Assembly (NCBI GenBank): GCA_977020255.1
Contig: CDROCS010005958.1
Coordinates: forward strand, 1 to 64,000
Direction of reading: 5' to 3'
DNA: 64,000 nt
Source: Obrimoposthia wandeli
Taxonomy: Eukaryota
Under the pieces are notes generated by a model. That model searched no databases. It worked only from the letters and a program-made list of their open reading frames with translations, and was not told the DNA's origin. The position numbers and the translations under genes were made by a program. Below are positions 9,410 to 20,408 of the stretch, in pieces; the first letter of the stretch is position 1, and each line of letters opens with the position of its first letter.

Positions 9410-10320
9410 TATTTTCTCCAATTTGTTAGGTGAGCGTTGGGTTTTAACGTTAGAAAAAGGTCGAGCTTTAAACTAATTATCACACTGCCAATACTGACAA
9501 GTATTAAACCGCTAATCAGTGAAAGGCTAGCAGGTTCATCGAATAAAAAGATAGCTGATATACCTGATAAAATTGGTACGATAGACATCACAGCTCCCAT
9601 TGAAGCAGGCCCGATGAATTGTACTGCACGTACATAAAATACCATTTGTACAATAGTCGCTAAAAAACCTTGGTATATCGCTTGGATGCCTATTGACTGC
9701 CAGTGTTCTATTGACAGATTTTTAGGTAGAAACAATAGATAAATAGGCGCATAAATAATACAGGTTATCATCGCTAAGCTTATAGTTGCCTGCCATGGAG
9801 TGATGTGCCAGTGTTTAATTAAGATTGAAAATAGCGCCCAACAAAAGGCACCCAAAGCTAGATATAAGTGACCTGTGTTAAGCGCGTTAGTCGTGCTGAT
9901 TAAAGGCCAAATTAAGGTAAAGACACCGAGCGCTATGACACTGATACCAATCCATTTTCGGTTTGATTGTTGTTCAGAGCTGGACAGTGTCGCTAGCAAA
10001 ATAATGAATAATGGTATTAAACCAGGTAACAATATAGCAGCGTGTGAGGCGCTCGCAATTTGAAACCCTTGGAAGCTAAAAATAGCGTACCCCAAACCGC
10101 CTACTAAACTGCAGTATATAAATTTTGGCTGTAAAAAGTTAAACCGAAATTTGAACCACCAAATCGGTAACAATATGGCACTGCAGGTGATATAGCGAAT
10201 TGCTATTACATCAAAAGCATTTAGCGCACTAATGCCTCCTAAGCGTGAAACCAGTATAAAACCTGACCAAATTAAAGCAGCTGCAATAGCAAAAATATAA
10301 CCTGATTTATTATCATTCAT
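9409..10320 (-). CDS. DMT/EamA family transporter
   Basis: About 10 TM helices with a duplicated EamA pattern (ALIWSG, IRY, WALFSIL). Confidence 0.88.
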   Translation of the reverse strand: MNDNKSGYIFAIAAALIWSGFILVSRLGGISALNAFDVIAIRYITCSAILLPIWWFKFRFNFLQPKFIYCSLVGGLGYAIFSFQGFQIASASHAAILLPGLIPLFIILLATLSSSEQQSNRKWIGISVIALGVFTLIWPLISTTNALNTGHLYLALGAFCWALFSILIKHWHITPWQATISLAMITCIIYAPIYLLFLPKNLSIEHWQSIGIQAIYQGFLATIVQMVFYVRAVQFIGPASMGAVMSIVPILSGISAIFLFDEPASLSLISGLILVSIGSVIISLKLDLFLTLKPNAHLTNWRK

Positions 10321-10633
10321 AAAAATTAACTCATGTTAAATCAAAGCCCGCGCACAGCGGCAAGACATTGACGTTTGATGACTCAGGCTGTGCTGGACTC
10401 ATCTTTAAAAAATTTAAGGGTGGAGAGTGTTAGAAGATCTTTGTAATCAATGCGAGTAATGTAAGTTAATATTTCATTCAATAATAGTGAATAATTATGA
10501 ATTTGATTATCATAAAAAATGAAAGTATAGTCTGCTAACAGAAAATTGAATTTCTTAGGCGCAATCATTAAAGTCTCTTTATTTTGGGCTGTGTTTATTC
10601 ATCGATTTAAAATTATTATAAAAGGTAGAATCT

Positions 10634-11494
10634 ATGGAGCTTTCTGATTTAAGAGTGTTTATTCAAGTGGTTCAATGTGGCGGGGTAAGCGCTGCTGCGA
10701 AAAAGCTAAATAGAGTACCTTCAAATGTGACAGCGCGTATAAAAACACTGGAAGCTAAACTCGGTCAAACTTTGTTCATTCGAGATAAAAACCGTTTACG
10801 TATCTCTCCAGCAGGTGAGCAGTTGCTACCTTATGCGAAACAGCTTTTATCACTCGCTCAAGAAACGTTAGATGCACTCGTGCAGCAAAAGCCAAATGGC
10901 GAGTTAAGGCTTGGGTCAATGGAGGCGGTTGCTGCAACACGTTTGGTTGAGCCTGTTATGCAATATCACCGAAAATACCCGCAAGTAAAGCTTGAAATTA
11001 AAACCTCGCCAACTGGGGATTTAATTGCAAAAGTATTGGCTGGAGAATTAGATTTAGCCTTAGTAGCTGACCCTCAACCAGATAATCGCTTAGAGGCTAA
11101 GCCTATTTTTCAAGAGAGGTTGGTACTCATCTCATCTAAAACGCATAAAAGTATTCAAAGCCCTGAAGATTTAGCCGGTGTGTCAACTTTACTCGGTTTT
11201 AGTGCCAGTTGCGCTTATCGAAACAGACTGACTCAATGGGTTAAACAGTGTGCTAATGTGACAAGCGTGATTGAAATTAACTCATACCATACTTTATTGA
11301 GCTGTGTTGCAGCGGGGATGGGAGTGGGTTTGGTGCCCATTGCGCTGCTTGATCATTACCCATTTACTAACAGCATTCAAATCCATCAACTACCAGAGCA
11401 ATGGTCGGCGACAACCACGCATTTTATATGGCGCAAAGACAGTGTTAAGTCTAATATGTTGGCATTTATAGCGTGTGTTGATGGCAATTTATAA
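10634..11494 (+). CDS. LysR family regulator
   Basis: GVSAAAKKLNRVPSNVTARIKTLEAKLG HTH; divergent from the DMT-tautomerase operon. Confidence 0.92.
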   Translation: MELSDLRVFIQVVQCGGVSAAAKKLNRVPSNVTARIKTLEAKLGQTLFIRDKNRLRISPAGEQLLPYAKQLLSLAQETLDALVQQKPNGELRLGSMEAVAATRLVEPVMQYHRKYPQVKLEIKTSPTGDLIAKVLAGELDLALVADPQPDNRLEAKPIFQERLVLISSKTHKSIQSPEDLAGVSTLLGFSASCAYRNRLTQWVKQCANVTSVIEINSYHTLLSCVAAGMGVGLVPIALLDHYPFTNSIQIHQLPEQWSATTTHFIWRKDSVKSNMLAFIACVDGNL

Positions 11495-11924
11495 TTTTAT
11501 GGAGGAGGTTGATATGATGGAAAATATAAAAGCAGTAGATTCAGTGGCGATTAACACTCAGCACAGTGCAAAATGCCATTGTGGAGCGGTAGAGTTGCTA
11601 CTGGACTTACCTGATGGATTAGTCAATGTAAGGCGCTGTGATTGCTCTATGTGTAGAAGAAGAGGCGCAATCGTTGCCTCTGTTGCATTAAACGCTATTC
11701 ATATCGTAAAAGGGCAAGATCAATTAACACTTTACCAATTCAATACGCATACTGCCAAGCACTACTTTTGTGGCACTTGCGGTATTTATACGCATCATCA
11801 ACGCCGCTCAAACCCTTCGCAATATGGCTTTAATGTCGCTTGTTTAGAGGATGTTAATCCATTGAAAATAACAGCAGTACCCACCTATGATGGGGTTAAT
11901 CATCCAGCAGATAAAAGCGCTTAG
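11475..11924 (+). CDS. GFA (glutathione-dependent formaldehyde-activating) family protein
   Basis: CHCG, CDCSMCRR and HYFCGTCG zinc motifs; the true start is probably the downstream ATG near 11514. Confidence 0.88.
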   Translation: MLMAIYNFMEEVDMMENIKAVDSVAINTQHSAKCHCGAVELLLDLPDGLVNVRRCDCSMCRRRGAIVASVALNAIHIVKGQDQLTLYQFNTHTAKHYFCGTCGIYTHHQRRSNPSQYGFNVACLEDVNPLKITAVPTYDGVNHPADKSA

Positions 11925-11957
11925 CTTTATTCTTACATTGACAGAACGATTATTTAA

Positions 11958-12509
11958 TCAAGCTTCTTTTTTGATAATAGATTTGGCTGGATTACCTGCA
12001 ACTCTGTCTTGTGCCGCTACGTTTTTGGTGACGACAGCGCCTGCACCAACAACTGCACCATAACCAATATGTACACCTGGCAATATAATTGCACCGCCGC
12101 CTATCCATACGTTATCTTCAATGACGATTGGCTTCGCTTGCTCTTCACCGTTCGCTCTTAGCTGTGTATCTAGTGAATGAGCAGCGGTATAAATTTGGGC
12201 TCTTGGGCCTATCATCACCTGTTTACCAATAGTGACAGAGCCATTATCTAAGATGACCGCACCACTATTTATAAAGCTTTTTTCTCCTAAGCTAAGGTGG
12301 CATCCGTAGGTTATTTCAATAGGCGGGTTGATTAGCGCATCTTTGCCTAATGTAACACCGATATTGGTTAAAATTTCACGGCGTTTTTCTACGCAAACTT
12401 CATTATTAAAGCGTAGGTAATTTGCGTAAGTTTTATCACGCATTTTCTGTAAATCAGGATCAAGGCAGTTATAGGTTTCTCCTGCACGCATCTTGTTTAG
12501 TTCTGACAT
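11958..12509 (-). CDS. Sugar O-acetyltransferase (maltose/galactoside acetyltransferase family)
   Basis: Hexapeptide repeats (NVWIGGGAIILPGVHIGYGAVVGAGAVVTKNV) and AGNPAK. Confidence 0.88.
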   Translation of the reverse strand: MSELNKMRAGETYNCLDPDLQKMRDKTYANYLRFNNEVCVEKRREILTNIGVTLGKDALINPPIEITYGCHLSLGEKSFINSGAVILDNGSVTIGKQVMIGPRAQIYTAAHSLDTQLRANGEEQAKPIVIEDNVWIGGGAIILPGVHIGYGAVVGAGAVVTKNVAAQDRVAGNPAKSIIKKEA

Positions 12510-12518
12510 CTTAATCCT

Positions 12519-13694
12519 TCATTTTGATAAGTAGCTAATTGCATCACTCATGCCTTGCAGTGTTAAAGGGTACATATGTCCATCTAATTGTTTTTCAATT
12601 GCAGTGGTTGTTTGCGTGTATTGCCAATGGTTTTTAGGTGTAGGGTTTAGCCATATCGCTTTTTCCCACATATCCAGCACTCTTTGTAACCATACTTCGC
12701 CGGTCTCTTCATTCATGTGCTCGACACTGCCAAAGCGACTAAACAGTTCATAGGGTGACATAGCGGCATCACCGATAAAGATAATTCGATAATCACTGCC
12801 ATATGAATTGATCACATCTTGTGTCGCAACGGTTTCTTGAAAGCGCCTGTCATTATTTTTCCACAGCTTTTCATACACGCAATTGTGAAAATAATAATAC
12901 TCTAAATGTTTAAATTCGCTGCGCGCTGCACTAAAAAGCTGTTCACATAAATGGATATAAGGATCCATTGATCCACCAATATCAAAAAACAGTAATACCT
13001 TGGCTGCATTGTGTCGCTGGGGGATCATTTTGATATCGAGTAACCCTGCATTATTAGCGGTACTGCGAATAGTGTCATGAAGGTCTAGCTCATCAGCAGA
13101 GCCTGTACGCGCAAATTGTCGCAATTTACGAAGTGCCACTTTAATGTTACGCGTACCTAATTCTACTTGATCGTCTAGATTTTTAAATTCGCGTTTATCC
13201 CATACTTTGATCGCTCGTTTATGTACGCTTTGACCGCCAATTCTTATCCCTTGTGGGTTATAGCCACTGTGTCCAAAAGGGGAGGTGCCACCTGTCCCCA
13301 CCCATTTATTACCACCGGCGTGTCTACCCTCTTGCTCTTTTAGTCGCTCATCGAGCGTTTGCATGAGCTTTTCAAGGCCTCCCAACGCTTCTATTTGCGC
13401 TTTTTCTTCATCGCTAAGCGTTTTAAGAAACTCTGCTTTGAGCCAGTCTTCTGGTATCTGTGATTTAGAGAATAACTCGAGCTGCTCTATGCCTTTAAAG
13501 TAATGAGCGAATGCCTGGTCATAACGATCAAAGAACTTCTCGTCTTTTACTAAACAAACTCGCGCTAAAATATAGAATTCTTCAATATCCGCAAACACGA
13601 CTTTTTGCTGTAATGCTTGTAATAAAATTAGCAGCTCATTAAGCGTGACGGGGATGTGTGCTTTACGCAACGTGGTGAAAAAATCGATTAACAT
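12519..13694 (-). CDS. vWA domain protein (CoxE-like MoxR partner)
   Basis: DIGGSMD MIDAS-like motif, YFHNCVYE and IFIGDAAMSPYEL; adjacent to a MoxR ATPase. Confidence 0.85.
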   Translation of the reverse strand: MLIDFFTTLRKAHIPVTLNELLILLQALQQKVVFADIEEFYILARVCLVKDEKFFDRYDQAFAHYFKGIEQLELFSKSQIPEDWLKAEFLKTLSDEEKAQIEALGGLEKLMQTLDERLKEQEGRHAGGNKWVGTGGTSPFGHSGYNPQGIRIGGQSVHKRAIKVWDKREFKNLDDQVELGTRNIKVALRKLRQFARTGSADELDLHDTIRSTANNAGLLDIKMIPQRHNAAKVLLFFDIGGSMDPYIHLCEQLFSAARSEFKHLEYYYFHNCVYEKLWKNNDRRFQETVATQDVINSYGSDYRIIFIGDAAMSPYELFSRFGSVEHMNEETGEVWLQRVLDMWEKAIWLNPTPKNHWQYTQTTTAIEKQLDGHMYPLTLQGMSDAISYLSK

Positions 13695-13696
13695 AA

Positions 13697-14542
13697 TTAA
13701 CGTTGATGTCTACGTGACATAAATGCTAAACGCTCTAACATATGAACATCTTGCTCATTTTTCAGTAATGCGCCGTGTAAAGGCGGTATAGCGTTGGTTT
13801 GATCGGTGTTTTGTAAGGCGTCTAATGAAATACTATCTGCCATTAATAACTTAAGCCAATCAATTAATTCAGAAGTAGAAGGCTTCTTCTTAATCCCATT
13901 AACATCGCGTACTTGGAAGAAAATGTCTAATGCTTCTTTGACTAAATCATTTTGTAAATTGGGGTAATGTACATCTACTATCCGCTGCATCGTTTGACGA
14001 TCGGGAAATTGAATATAATGGAAGAAACAGCGACGTAAAAAAGCATCCGGGAGCTCTTTTTCATTATTAGATGTGATGATGATAATGGGCCGTTGGATCG
14101 CTTTAATTCGTTGGCCCGTCTCATACACACTAAACTCCATTTGATCGAGCTCAACGAGTAAATCATTAGGAAATTCAATATCTGCTTTATCTATTTCATC
14201 GATCAGTAACACAACTTGTTGGTCTGCTTCAAAGGCTTGCCATAGCATTCCTTTTTTAATGTAATTACCAATATCATGCACTCTTTCATCGCCTAACTGA
14301 GAGTCACGTAAACGAGAGACAGCATCATATTCATAAAGCCCTTGTTGTGCTTTAGTAGTGGACTTAATGTGCCAGCGTAATAATGGCTTGCCCAGTGCGC
14401 TAGCGACCTCTTCAGCGAGCATTGTTTTACCTGTGCCAGGTTCTCCTTTAATAAGCAGGGGTCGCTGTAGTGTAATTGCTGCATTTACTGCAATTTGCAA
14501 ATCGTTTGTGGCAACGTATTGCGCACTACCTTGAAATTTCAT
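13697..14542 (-). CDS. MoxR family AAA+ ATPase
   Basis: Walker A GEPGTGKT, Walker B LLIDEIDKAD and ELPDAFLRRC. Confidence 0.92.
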   Translation of the reverse strand: MKFQGSAQYVATNDLQIAVNAAITLQRPLLIKGEPGTGKTMLAEEVASALGKPLLRWHIKSTTKAQQGLYEYDAVSRLRDSQLGDERVHDIGNYIKKGMLWQAFEADQQVVLLIDEIDKADIEFPNDLLVELDQMEFSVYETGQRIKAIQRPIIIITSNNEKELPDAFLRRCFFHYIQFPDRQTMQRIVDVHYPNLQNDLVKEALDIFFQVRDVNGIKKKPSTSELIDWLKLLMADSISLDALQNTDQTNAIPPLHGALLKNEQDVHMLERLAFMSRRHQR

Positions 14543-14659
14543 GCTGTGTCCTTAAAGTAAAATTTAGCGGCTAATATTATCAATTAAAAAGCCTGATGAA
14601 TATGCTAAATAGATGGATCGTTATGCTTATCTGCTGTGTGTAACAATGTGTTTTGTAAA

Positions 14660-14686
14660 GATGAATGAGGCGTAGCCTAAATCATC
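14660..14686 (+). repeat. REP-like 27-bp palindrome, copy 1
   Basis: GATGAATGAGGC-GTA-GCCTAAATCATC; intergenic. Confidence 0.8.
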
Positions 14687-14848
14687 AGGGGCAATTCTAG
14701 GCTTTACGAAGCGAGTTCGAGCGTAGCAAAAGAGCTTTCCCTGGGGATCTTTATTGATTGATTTGAGGGCTAGGATAGCTTCGAAAATGCATCCCTAGTA
14801 CAATGTTGCTGGTTTTATCTTAATTTTTTTACCGAGTAGTTATATTTC

Positions 14849-15889
14849 ATGTCTGAATTGTTTTCTGTGCGTTTAAATAAATATATTAGTCAAAGTGGTT
14901 TGTGCTCTAGAAGAGATGCAGATCGTTTTATTGAGCAAGGTAATGTATTTATTAACGGTGCTCGAGCAGGGGTTGGGGATAGAGTCAACGTTGGCAGTAA
15001 AGTGGTCGTTAACGGACAGAAAATTGAGCCATTAGAAGAAGAGCTACTGGTCTTTATTGCGCTGAATAAACCGGTTGGCGTAGTCAGTACAACCGAGGAC
15101 AGTGAACGTAACAATATTGTGGATTTTGTAGGCCACAGTGCAAGAATATTTCCGATAGGGCGTTTAGATAAAGATTCCCAAGGGTTAATATTTTTGACAA
15201 ATAATGGCGATATGGTTAATAAAATATTGCGCGCGGGTAATAACCATGAAAAAGAATACATTGTCACAGTAAACAAGCCCGTTACGGATCAGTTTATAGA
15301 AGGACTTAGTAAAGGCGTACCTATACTAGGTGTCGTGACAAAGAAATGTAAAGTTATAAAAGAGTCTCAATTCGCGTTTCGCATTACATTAATACAGGGC
15401 CTTAATCGACAAATTCGTAGGATGTGTGAACATTTTAACTACGAAGTAAAACAGCTTGAGCGCACCCGGATTATGAATGTCAATCTTAAAGGATTGAGCG
15501 TCGGGGATTGGCGTGATTTATCTGAGCAAGAATTGAGTACAATTTTTAACCTAACAGAAGATTCAGTTGCTGATGTGGCTCAAGTAGATGGCGTAAAAAA
15601 GCAATCTAAATCAACAGCTAAGTCGAAATCATTGAATGCTGCGTTGGAAAAAACCGGAGGTGCTAATAAAGCCAGGCCCACAAAAGATGCAAAAAAGAGA
15701 GCCGGTGGTACTGAGTTTAAGTTTAAGAAAAAAGTAGCAAGTGGCTCTAACAGTACATCCAAAAGTACATCTAAAAACACCTCTAATAAGAACAGCTTTA
15801 AAGCAAAGGAGGCGGCCAAAAAACAGGCGCCTCGCAGTGCAACAAGAAAAAAGCCTGCGTTAACAAAGAAGCAAAGGGCGCGCTCATAA
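14849..15889 (+). CDS. rluF: 23S rRNA pseudouridine synthase F, with long Lys/Ser-rich C-terminal tail
   Basis: S4 domain ([18 protein letters not shown]), [14 protein letters not shown] catalytic Asp, HEKEYIV and [12 protein letters not shown]. Confidence 0.9.
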   Translation: MSELFSVRLNKYISQSGLCSRRDADRFIEQGNVFINGARAGVGDRVNVGSKVVVNGQKIEPLEEELLVFIALNKPVGVVSTTEDSERNNIVDFVGHSARIFPIGRLDKDSQGLIFLTNNGDMVNKILRAGNNHEKEYIVTVNKPVTDQFIEGLSKGVPILGVVTKKCKVIKESQFAFRITLIQGLNRQIRRMCEHFNYEVKQLERTRIMNVNLKGLSVGDWRDLSEQELSTIFNLTEDSVADVAQVDGVKKQSKSTAKSKSLNAALEKTGGANKARPTKDAKKRAGGTEFKFKKKVASGSNSTSKSTSKNTSNKNSFKAKEAAKKQAPRSATRKKPALTKKQRARS

Positions 15890-15937
15890 CGTCCTTTTTT
15901 ATAGAGAAAAAGAGCTAACACTGCTCATATTGATATT

Positions 15938-17794
15938 TTATAACTCACTAGAGTTAGTAGCGGTATCCGACATCACCGCATTAATGTCTGCTATTTGCTC
16001 CGGTGCTTTTTCGGCTATCATTGAAACCATATCAGTAATGGTTTGTTCGCCATCATCTGCAAGTCGGTCTGCGTAGCGCATATCTTCCCAGTTTTCTGTC
16101 ACATTGTTAAGGTAGCCCTCAGCGATATCAACAATTATCTCAGGGTTTTCATCTAATACTGCTTGCGTTGCAGCTTCAATAATCTCCAGACTCTGCTCTG
16201 GTGCCGCCTCTGTCATAGTGGTTGCTAGTTCCGCTATATCAGTTGACTCGGCCTCATCAAACACAGCACTGACAAATTCGCTAGAGGATTGCGCTGTGGC
16301 AGTAATGATAGATTGCACTAATTCTTGTTGCTGTTCAGGTACGACTTGGTTGAGGCGTAAATATAATTCTGCTTCATCCACACCGTCAACAGCGGCCAAT
16401 GCACCAGCTAATTCAACAACTTGAGCAGGTGATGTTTTAGCAATAAGGCTGACCATATCTAATGCCAAAATAGGGTTTATACGCGCCGTATCTACAATTG
16501 CTTGAGTCATTAAATTCTGACTGCTGCTGTCAGTGTATTCGGTACGCGGATCTAGCTCAGTACTTATCCAACCTGCTGCTCCTTGTAGGACAAAAGCTTC
16601 TTGTTGCGCTATTGGAATTGATTTGCGTACATAGCTGCGATAAATAATAAAAAAAGTAAACAGTAGTTGTATGAAAGCAATGGAGAAAAAGAAATAATTT
16701 ATCCCTATATGCTCCATAATCAAACCAACGGCATAAGGGCCTATGATACCGCCACTGGCATAGAGAATAATCATGGCACCAATTGCACGGCCCATTTCAT
16801 TTTGTTGAAGGCGGTCAAATGTTTCAGCAAGCCCTAGGGGGTATAAGCTAGATATTATGCCGCTACTGAAACCTATGAGCAGCAGCGCCAAAATAAAGAA
16901 ATTCATATCGATGATCATTGGTACTAATGCAGAACTAACCGTTGATACAAGCATAATGATAAGCATGACTTTACGTCGTTCAAATCGATCGGCAAGGTAG
17001 CCAATTGGATATTGCAGCAAGACTCCACCAATGATGGCGGCACCTACTAGGAGTGATAAATTAAAACCGGTAATGTTTTTCGCCTCACCATACACCGCAG
17101 TCATACTTAATAATGAGCTAAGTAACATACCGCACATAAATACAGCGACCACACCAAGAGGGGAAGTTTTGGCAAGTTTACGTAATGGCATTGCAGGTGA
17201 GTCATCAATATCTGGAGCACAAGCGCTGGTCATTGCAATTGGGATTACGCCTGCGCACAGCAGTATACCGGCTATAACGTACAAAGTTGCATGCGTAATA
17301 TCGGCCAGGTTAACCATAAATGATCCGAGGAACATCGCTAACAAAATAACAGTTTGATTGGTCGATAATATACGGGCACGTGTATCACTGGTTGCACGCT
17401 CACTTAACCAACCATCGACAACGATATTAGCTGATGCAATACAAAAGCCCATTAAAATACGCATTAGCGCCCATAGCCATTCATTGAGCCAGAGATAGCA
17501 AATAAGAATGCTGATAGCTGCCAATGCAGCGCTGGTGGTGTAGACGCGAATGTGCCCAGCGTAGATAATAAGCTTACGGGTATAAATGCCGCCTATGAGC
17601 AAACCCACTGAAAACATAGACATTATTAAACCAATATTATCGGTCGATACATTTTCAAGGCTAAGCCTTGAGGGTAGCAGGATATTAATTAAGCCACTGC
17701 CTAGCATGATGAAAAAAGCGCTAAGAAACAGTGCGAATAAAGAAAGCAGCGTTGGTGTCATGGTTAAAAATCCTTCAACATGCGTTTTCTGCAA
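15938..17794 (-). CDS. MFS transporter with acidic C-terminal soluble extension (likely start 17761)
   Basis: 12-TM MFS core (GYLADRFERRKV motif) followed by about 200 aa of acidic helical sequence. Confidence 0.85.
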   Translation of the reverse strand: MQKTHVEGFLTMTPTLLSLFALFLSAFFIMLGSGLINILLPSRLSLENVSTDNIGLIMSMFSVGLLIGGIYTRKLIIYAGHIRVYTTSAALAAISILICYLWLNEWLWALMRILMGFCIASANIVVDGWLSERATSDTRARILSTNQTVILLAMFLGSFMVNLADITHATLYVIAGILLCAGVIPIAMTSACAPDIDDSPAMPLRKLAKTSPLGVVAVFMCGMLLSSLLSMTAVYGEAKNITGFNLSLLVGAAIIGGVLLQYPIGYLADRFERRKVMLIIMLVSTVSSALVPMIIDMNFFILALLLIGFSSGIISSLYPLGLAETFDRLQQNEMGRAIGAMIILYASGGIIGPYAVGLIMEHIGINYFFFSIAFIQLLFTFFIIYRSYVRKSIPIAQQEAFVLQGAAGWISTELDPRTEYTDSSSQNLMTQAIVDTARINPILALDMVSLIAKTSPAQVVELAGALAAVDGVDEAELYLRLNQVVPEQQQELVQSIITATAQSSSEFVSAVFDEAESTDIAELATTMTEAAPEQSLEIIEAATQAVLDENPEIIVDIAEGYLNNVTENWEDMRYADRLADDGEQTITDMVSMIAEKAPEQIADINAVMSDTATNSSEL

Positions 17795-18046
17795 ATGTAT
17801 GTCGAAATGTTAACGCGAGTCAATCAAATAATCATATTGGCGAAGGCTTTTTTAAAATGATTAATTTTCTATACATGAAAGGTTCTAATTCAGAAAAATT
17901 CTGCTCAATAACTTAAAACCTTACATTCTTTCAATCATTAAAAATTGTATTTTCAAAATAGGAGGGTGAGGCTTGTGATAGGAAAAAGCCATAGAGGATA
18001 AGTGTTTATCTGCTAACGTAAACCAAGATAGTTAAAGATAAGCTGA

Positions 18047-18790
18047 TTATGCCGATTGCTTACCTTCAATGTTTCTTACAAAAAAGAATGTTTGCTCTAG
18101 ATTTTTTCGTTTATAAAGCATGGCAGGTCTTCTGCCAGTTTGTTTCATTTTTCCGGTCTCTTCTAGTATATCCGCACTTAACATACGACGCCGAAATGAT
18201 TTATGATCCATCTTATTACCTAAAATAATTTCGTATACGCTTTGTAGTTCATTTAATGAAAAGTTAGTGGGCATAAGATGTATTGGTAAGGAGGTATAGA
18301 GTACTTTGTTTTGTAGGCGCTCAGTACAGTCTTTTAGGATTTGGGCGTGGTCAAATGCCATGTTATCAATTGTTTGTGCCGATTCAATTTTTGACCATTT
18401 TATAGCTTGAGCACCGTTAGCGGCTTGTAAAACAATGTCTTCACTAGGTATTAAAGCAAAATAGACTGTGGTAACAGACCAGCCTCTAGGGTCTCGCTGT
18501 TTATTACCTATAGTTTTAAACTGCTCAAGGTAGGGGGTATTTACAGCGGTTTTTTCACTCAGTTTGCGTTTTGCCGTTGCTTCAAGGTCAGTATCACTTT
18601 CTAGATCAACAAAGCCACCGACTAACGACCAGCATCCTTTATATGGGTGTTCGGCTCGTTTGACTACTAATACATGTAATGCGCCATCAAAAACAGTATA
18701 AATGACATTATCGACACAAGTACTGGGGCGACTAAAAGCATTGGGGTCATAGTTGTTGAGGAACACTTGTTCTGTATCATTATGTTGCAA
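18047..18790 (-). CDS. nrtR: NrtR-type Nudix/wHTH transcriptional regulator of NAD metabolism
   Basis: N-terminal Nudix fold (RDPRGWSVT, MAFDH) plus C-terminal wHTH (ELQSVYEIILG...SFRRRML...GRRPAMLY); next to a Nampt gene; AAGGAG RBS before the TTG start. Confidence 0.88.
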   Translation of the reverse strand: MQHNDTEQVFLNNYDPNAFSRPSTCVDNVIYTVFDGALHVLVVKRAEHPYKGCWSLVGGFVDLESDTDLEATAKRKLSEKTAVNTPYLEQFKTIGNKQRDPRGWSVTTVYFALIPSEDIVLQAANGAQAIKWSKIESAQTIDNMAFDHAQILKDCTERLQNKVLYTSLPIHLMPTNFSLNELQSVYEIILGNKMDHKSFRRRMLSADILEETGKMKQTGRRPAMLYKRKNLEQTFFFVRNIEGKQSA

Positions 18791-18814
18791 CTTGTTCTCC
18801 TTACATTGAACAAA

Positions 18815-18841
18815 GATGAATGAGGCGCAGCCTAAATCATC
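18815..18841 (+). repeat. REP-like 27-bp palindrome, copy 2
   Basis: GATGAATGAGGC-GCA-GCCTAAATCATC between the Nampt stop and the nrtR start. Confidence 0.8.
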
Positions 18842-18910
18842 AAGATAGATTCATTGAGATTTATTACAGTATTGCAGTAGTAAGGAGTTACTCTACTACT
18901 GCGCTACAGT

Positions 18911-20407
18911 TTAAAGCGTTTGTTGTAATTGCGCTTGTAAACGCTCTCTAATTTTACTCAAGTGTTGTTCTTTAGTTAGTATGCCATTTTCAAAGACCGT
19001 TTCAAAAGCACCTTGTTGTTCTTGTTCAGGTGTTTGTTGATCGTAAAGGACATAACTGTTCGCTTGCTCTTCAACCCTTAATAATCCTTTTGCCGATTTT
19101 TTTGTGCCGGAGTCGGTCTTTGGATCTTTGAAAATCTCTCTACGCTCACCGTTTACGACGCCGCTGGTGGCTTTCATGGCAAAGCCGTGATTGTCTCGGG
19201 TAACATACTGGTAAGTGTAAGAACCGACTCCTAGTACTACGTTACCTGAAGCAAATCCTTTAGCTTCTAGGCCCTGCATTATTAACTGGGCTCTTTCAAG
19301 CGTGATTGAATCACCATAGATTAAACCAATATGTTGGTCGAGCAATTTATAACCAGTAGCGGTTTGTACACCGCCAAAAATATCCCATAAACATTGAATA
19401 GCACCTTTATTTTCAGGGCTACCTTTAGCAGCGTTAGCATCGCCACATATTATTTTCACAGGGTCGCCACTGTCTGGACGAATCACTACTTTACCATCAC
19501 GTGCGAGCACGTCGTCTTTTAAGATAGCTAAAAACTCAGTCACAACTTGCCAAAAATCCCAAGTATCAGAGACAATGGATACAATGCCTTGAGGATATGT
19601 TTCATTAATCAAGCGCTTAAAAGTAGCAAGTTCACCTTCTTGCATCCCCATGCACATCACAGAGTGTTCAGTCGCTGGTACTGAAAATCCAACGGGTTGC
19701 TGGGATACATCTGCGAAATAATAGTCTTCTAGCATATCAATGGCAGGTACTGTATCTGTGCCGTAAAATGAAGTTAAGTGTGCAGCGCCGCTAAGTGCTG
19801 AATCTTGTAAGCTTGATAACCCCCTAAAAGAAAAATCGTGTGCTTGAAAGGGAACAAACTCTAAATCGGTTCCTGTTTTTAGTGCATATTTTGTTAAAAG
19901 CCTTTTATATTCAAATGCAGTAGTCGCTGAGGTAATTGGCTTCCATAAATAGCATGAAATGACGGACTCGATATAATTAGTTAACCAAAAGAAGTCAGGG
20001 TGGGTATTTACCACCGTTAATACCGGTACGCCAATAGGAACACGTGCGCCCTCTGCAAGCGCTTTAATCTTGATCGGTAAATAAGCTAAGTCGTGCAATG
20101 CCTCAATATGTTCGACAGCAATTGCATCGGTGCCTAGTGCATAATCCATACGTCTTTTATATGCAGAGACTACTTTATTTTTATCTTTGTTAAAAAACTG
20201 CTCATTCCAAACATCAATCAAGAAGTTTTTTAAGAAATATTGTAAACCAAACATAACGATTTTATTTTCATGTCCCTCTTCGATATATTTTGCCAAACGG
20301 TTACTGCGAGCAGTGAAGTTTGAATACACCTCAGTGGTGCCTTTTGGGTATTGATTTCTGTGGTCTGCTTTATAAAAATCTATTGCTGTTAAGGGGTTGA
20401 TGTTCAT
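18911..20407 (-). CDS. nadV: Nicotinamide phosphoribosyltransferase family protein (NadV/Nampt; possibly Namat-like)
   Basis: IDFYKADH, HDFSFRG, SVPATEHSV, SIVSDTWD, VIRPDSGDP, IYGDSIT, GVGSYTYQ and KDPKTDSGTKKSAKG motifs. Confidence 0.9.
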   Translation of the reverse strand: MNINPLTAIDFYKADHRNQYPKGTTEVYSNFTARSNRLAKYIEEGHENKIVMFGLQYFLKNFLIDVWNEQFFNKDKNKVVSAYKRRMDYALGTDAIAVEHIEALHDLAYLPIKIKALAEGARVPIGVPVLTVVNTHPDFFWLTNYIESVISCYLWKPITSATTAFEYKRLLTKYALKTGTDLEFVPFQAHDFSFRGLSSLQDSALSGAAHLTSFYGTDTVPAIDMLEDYYFADVSQQPVGFSVPATEHSVMCMGMQEGELATFKRLINETYPQGIVSIVSDTWDFWQVVTEFLAILKDDVLARDGKVVIRPDSGDPVKIICGDANAAKGSPENKGAIQCLWDIFGGVQTATGYKLLDQHIGLIYGDSITLERAQLIMQGLEAKGFASGNVVLGVGSYTYQYVTRDNHGFAMKATSGVVNGERREIFKDPKTDSGTKKSAKGLLRVEEQANSYVLYDQQTPEQEQQGAFETVFENGILTKEQHLSKIRERLQAQLQQTL

Positions 20408-20408
20408 G

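Noticed and set aside
12519-14542. MoxR-vWA pair as a novel or defence system
   Set aside because: A widespread chaperone-like module with no accessory genes suggesting anything special here.
15757-15800. 12-bp repeats in the RluF tail (also ESELESQL near 2810)
   Set aside because: Short in-frame duplications in low-complexity coding segments; a long basic RluF tail is not unusual.
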